Under the pieces are notes generated by a model. It did no database searches and was not told the DNA's origin. It saw only the letters and a program-made list of their open reading frames with translations. A stretch of DNA of 63,995 nt, the filler included, from Circinaria calcarea (taxonomy: Eukaryota): the NCBI GenBank assembly GCA_051942165.1. It is 3 parts of 3 records of this genome, joined end to end, with 100 filler letters (N's around TTAATTAATTAA, not from the genome) between each part and the next. Parts side by side here need not be neighbours in the genome. Positions count along the whole stretch, not along the records: positions 42,980 to 63,995 come from JAVECS010000153.1; 2 more parts are not named here. One strand, given 5' to 3'. A program made the position numbers and the translations under genes. Positions 63,486-63,995 of the stretch are shown in pieces. Position 1 is the stretch's first letter; each line of letters opens with the position of its first letter.

Positions 63486-63539
63486 GTGGATGCTATGCAC
63501 GTCATGTAAGGAATTGCCATTCCCACAAATTGAGTATGC

Positions 63540-63995
63540 TTAGTTTCTCGCGGCTTGACGGGAATCTTGTTCTCCAGTCTCGATGGCGGCTCTCAGATCA
63601 GCCTTTCGATTCTCTTTCCAGTTTTTGTGTAGAGTGTCGATCTTGCCACCGAGCAAAGACGTCGTTGCTGGTTCCAGCAGAATGACGCCTCTGGCTACCA
63701 CCACATTCTTCAAACTAATCTTACTGCCAATGCTCATACTAAGCGACATCCCTGCAACGTTCCTTAATTCGATGCCATATGCTCTGGCGCCTCTGCTATC
63801 TTGCAATAGCAGCTTGTGAGGTCCTCCACTCATGTTAGATACCTGACTTGGATCATCTCCGTCTTCGGTAGGGACAACACGAACGATCTCTCTTCCCTTG
63901 GTACCTTCCCCTCGTTCTAGGGCCTCGATCGCTTCAATCTGTTGCCAGCGACTTTTGCTCATGTCTTCCACATTCAGAACCTGGGCGACCATTGG
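63540..63995 (-). CDS. RMI1: RecQ-mediated genome instability protein 1 (OB-fold), 5' part outside the window
   Basis: VAQVLNVEDMSKSRWQQIEAIE..ERGE.TKGREIVR, GPHKLLLQD..G...YGIEL, MSIGSKI.L....VARGVILLEP.....LGGKI. Confidence 0.88.
   Translation of the reverse strand, partial: PMVAQVLNVEDMSKSRWQQIEAIEALERGEGTKGREIVRVVPTEDGDDPSQVSNMSGGPHKLLLQDSRGARAYGIELRNVAGMSLSMSIGSKISLKNVVVARGVILLEPATTSLLGGKIDTLHKNWKENRKADLRAAIETGEQDSRQAARN

Overview
Intron-rich genomic DNA from a filamentous ascomycete (Pezizomycotina). Two 100-nt N/TTAATTAATTAA/N linkers (21411-21510, 42880-42979) divide it into three contigs whose true adjacency is not guaranteed. Contig 1 has RAD5, then a block of secondary-metabolism-type genes with no visible core synthase (PTH11-like membrane protein, MFS efflux pump, P450, SAM methyltransferase, second P450), then a truncated GH18 chitinase. 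Contig 2 has a partial orphan ORF and a compact housekeeping block: kapC-like bZIP, ARP5, RNPS1-like, MEC1/ATR, TAD2, complex I NUXM, CSM3. Contig 3 has a non-reducing PKS (SAT-KS-AT-PT-ACP-CMeT, no release domain) divergent from a CitA/AfoC-type serine hydrolase, then an MFS transporter, a CxxC peroxiredoxin-like gene, two secreted proteins, DPH7 and partial RMI1. The most distinctive non-genic signal is two tiny, related inverted-repeat elements (16443-16512, 42518-42691) with CA(C)...GTG termini and exact 5-bp target-site duplications, a Transib-like end signature. Gene calls come from motif recognition and manual splice reading; no database searches were run.
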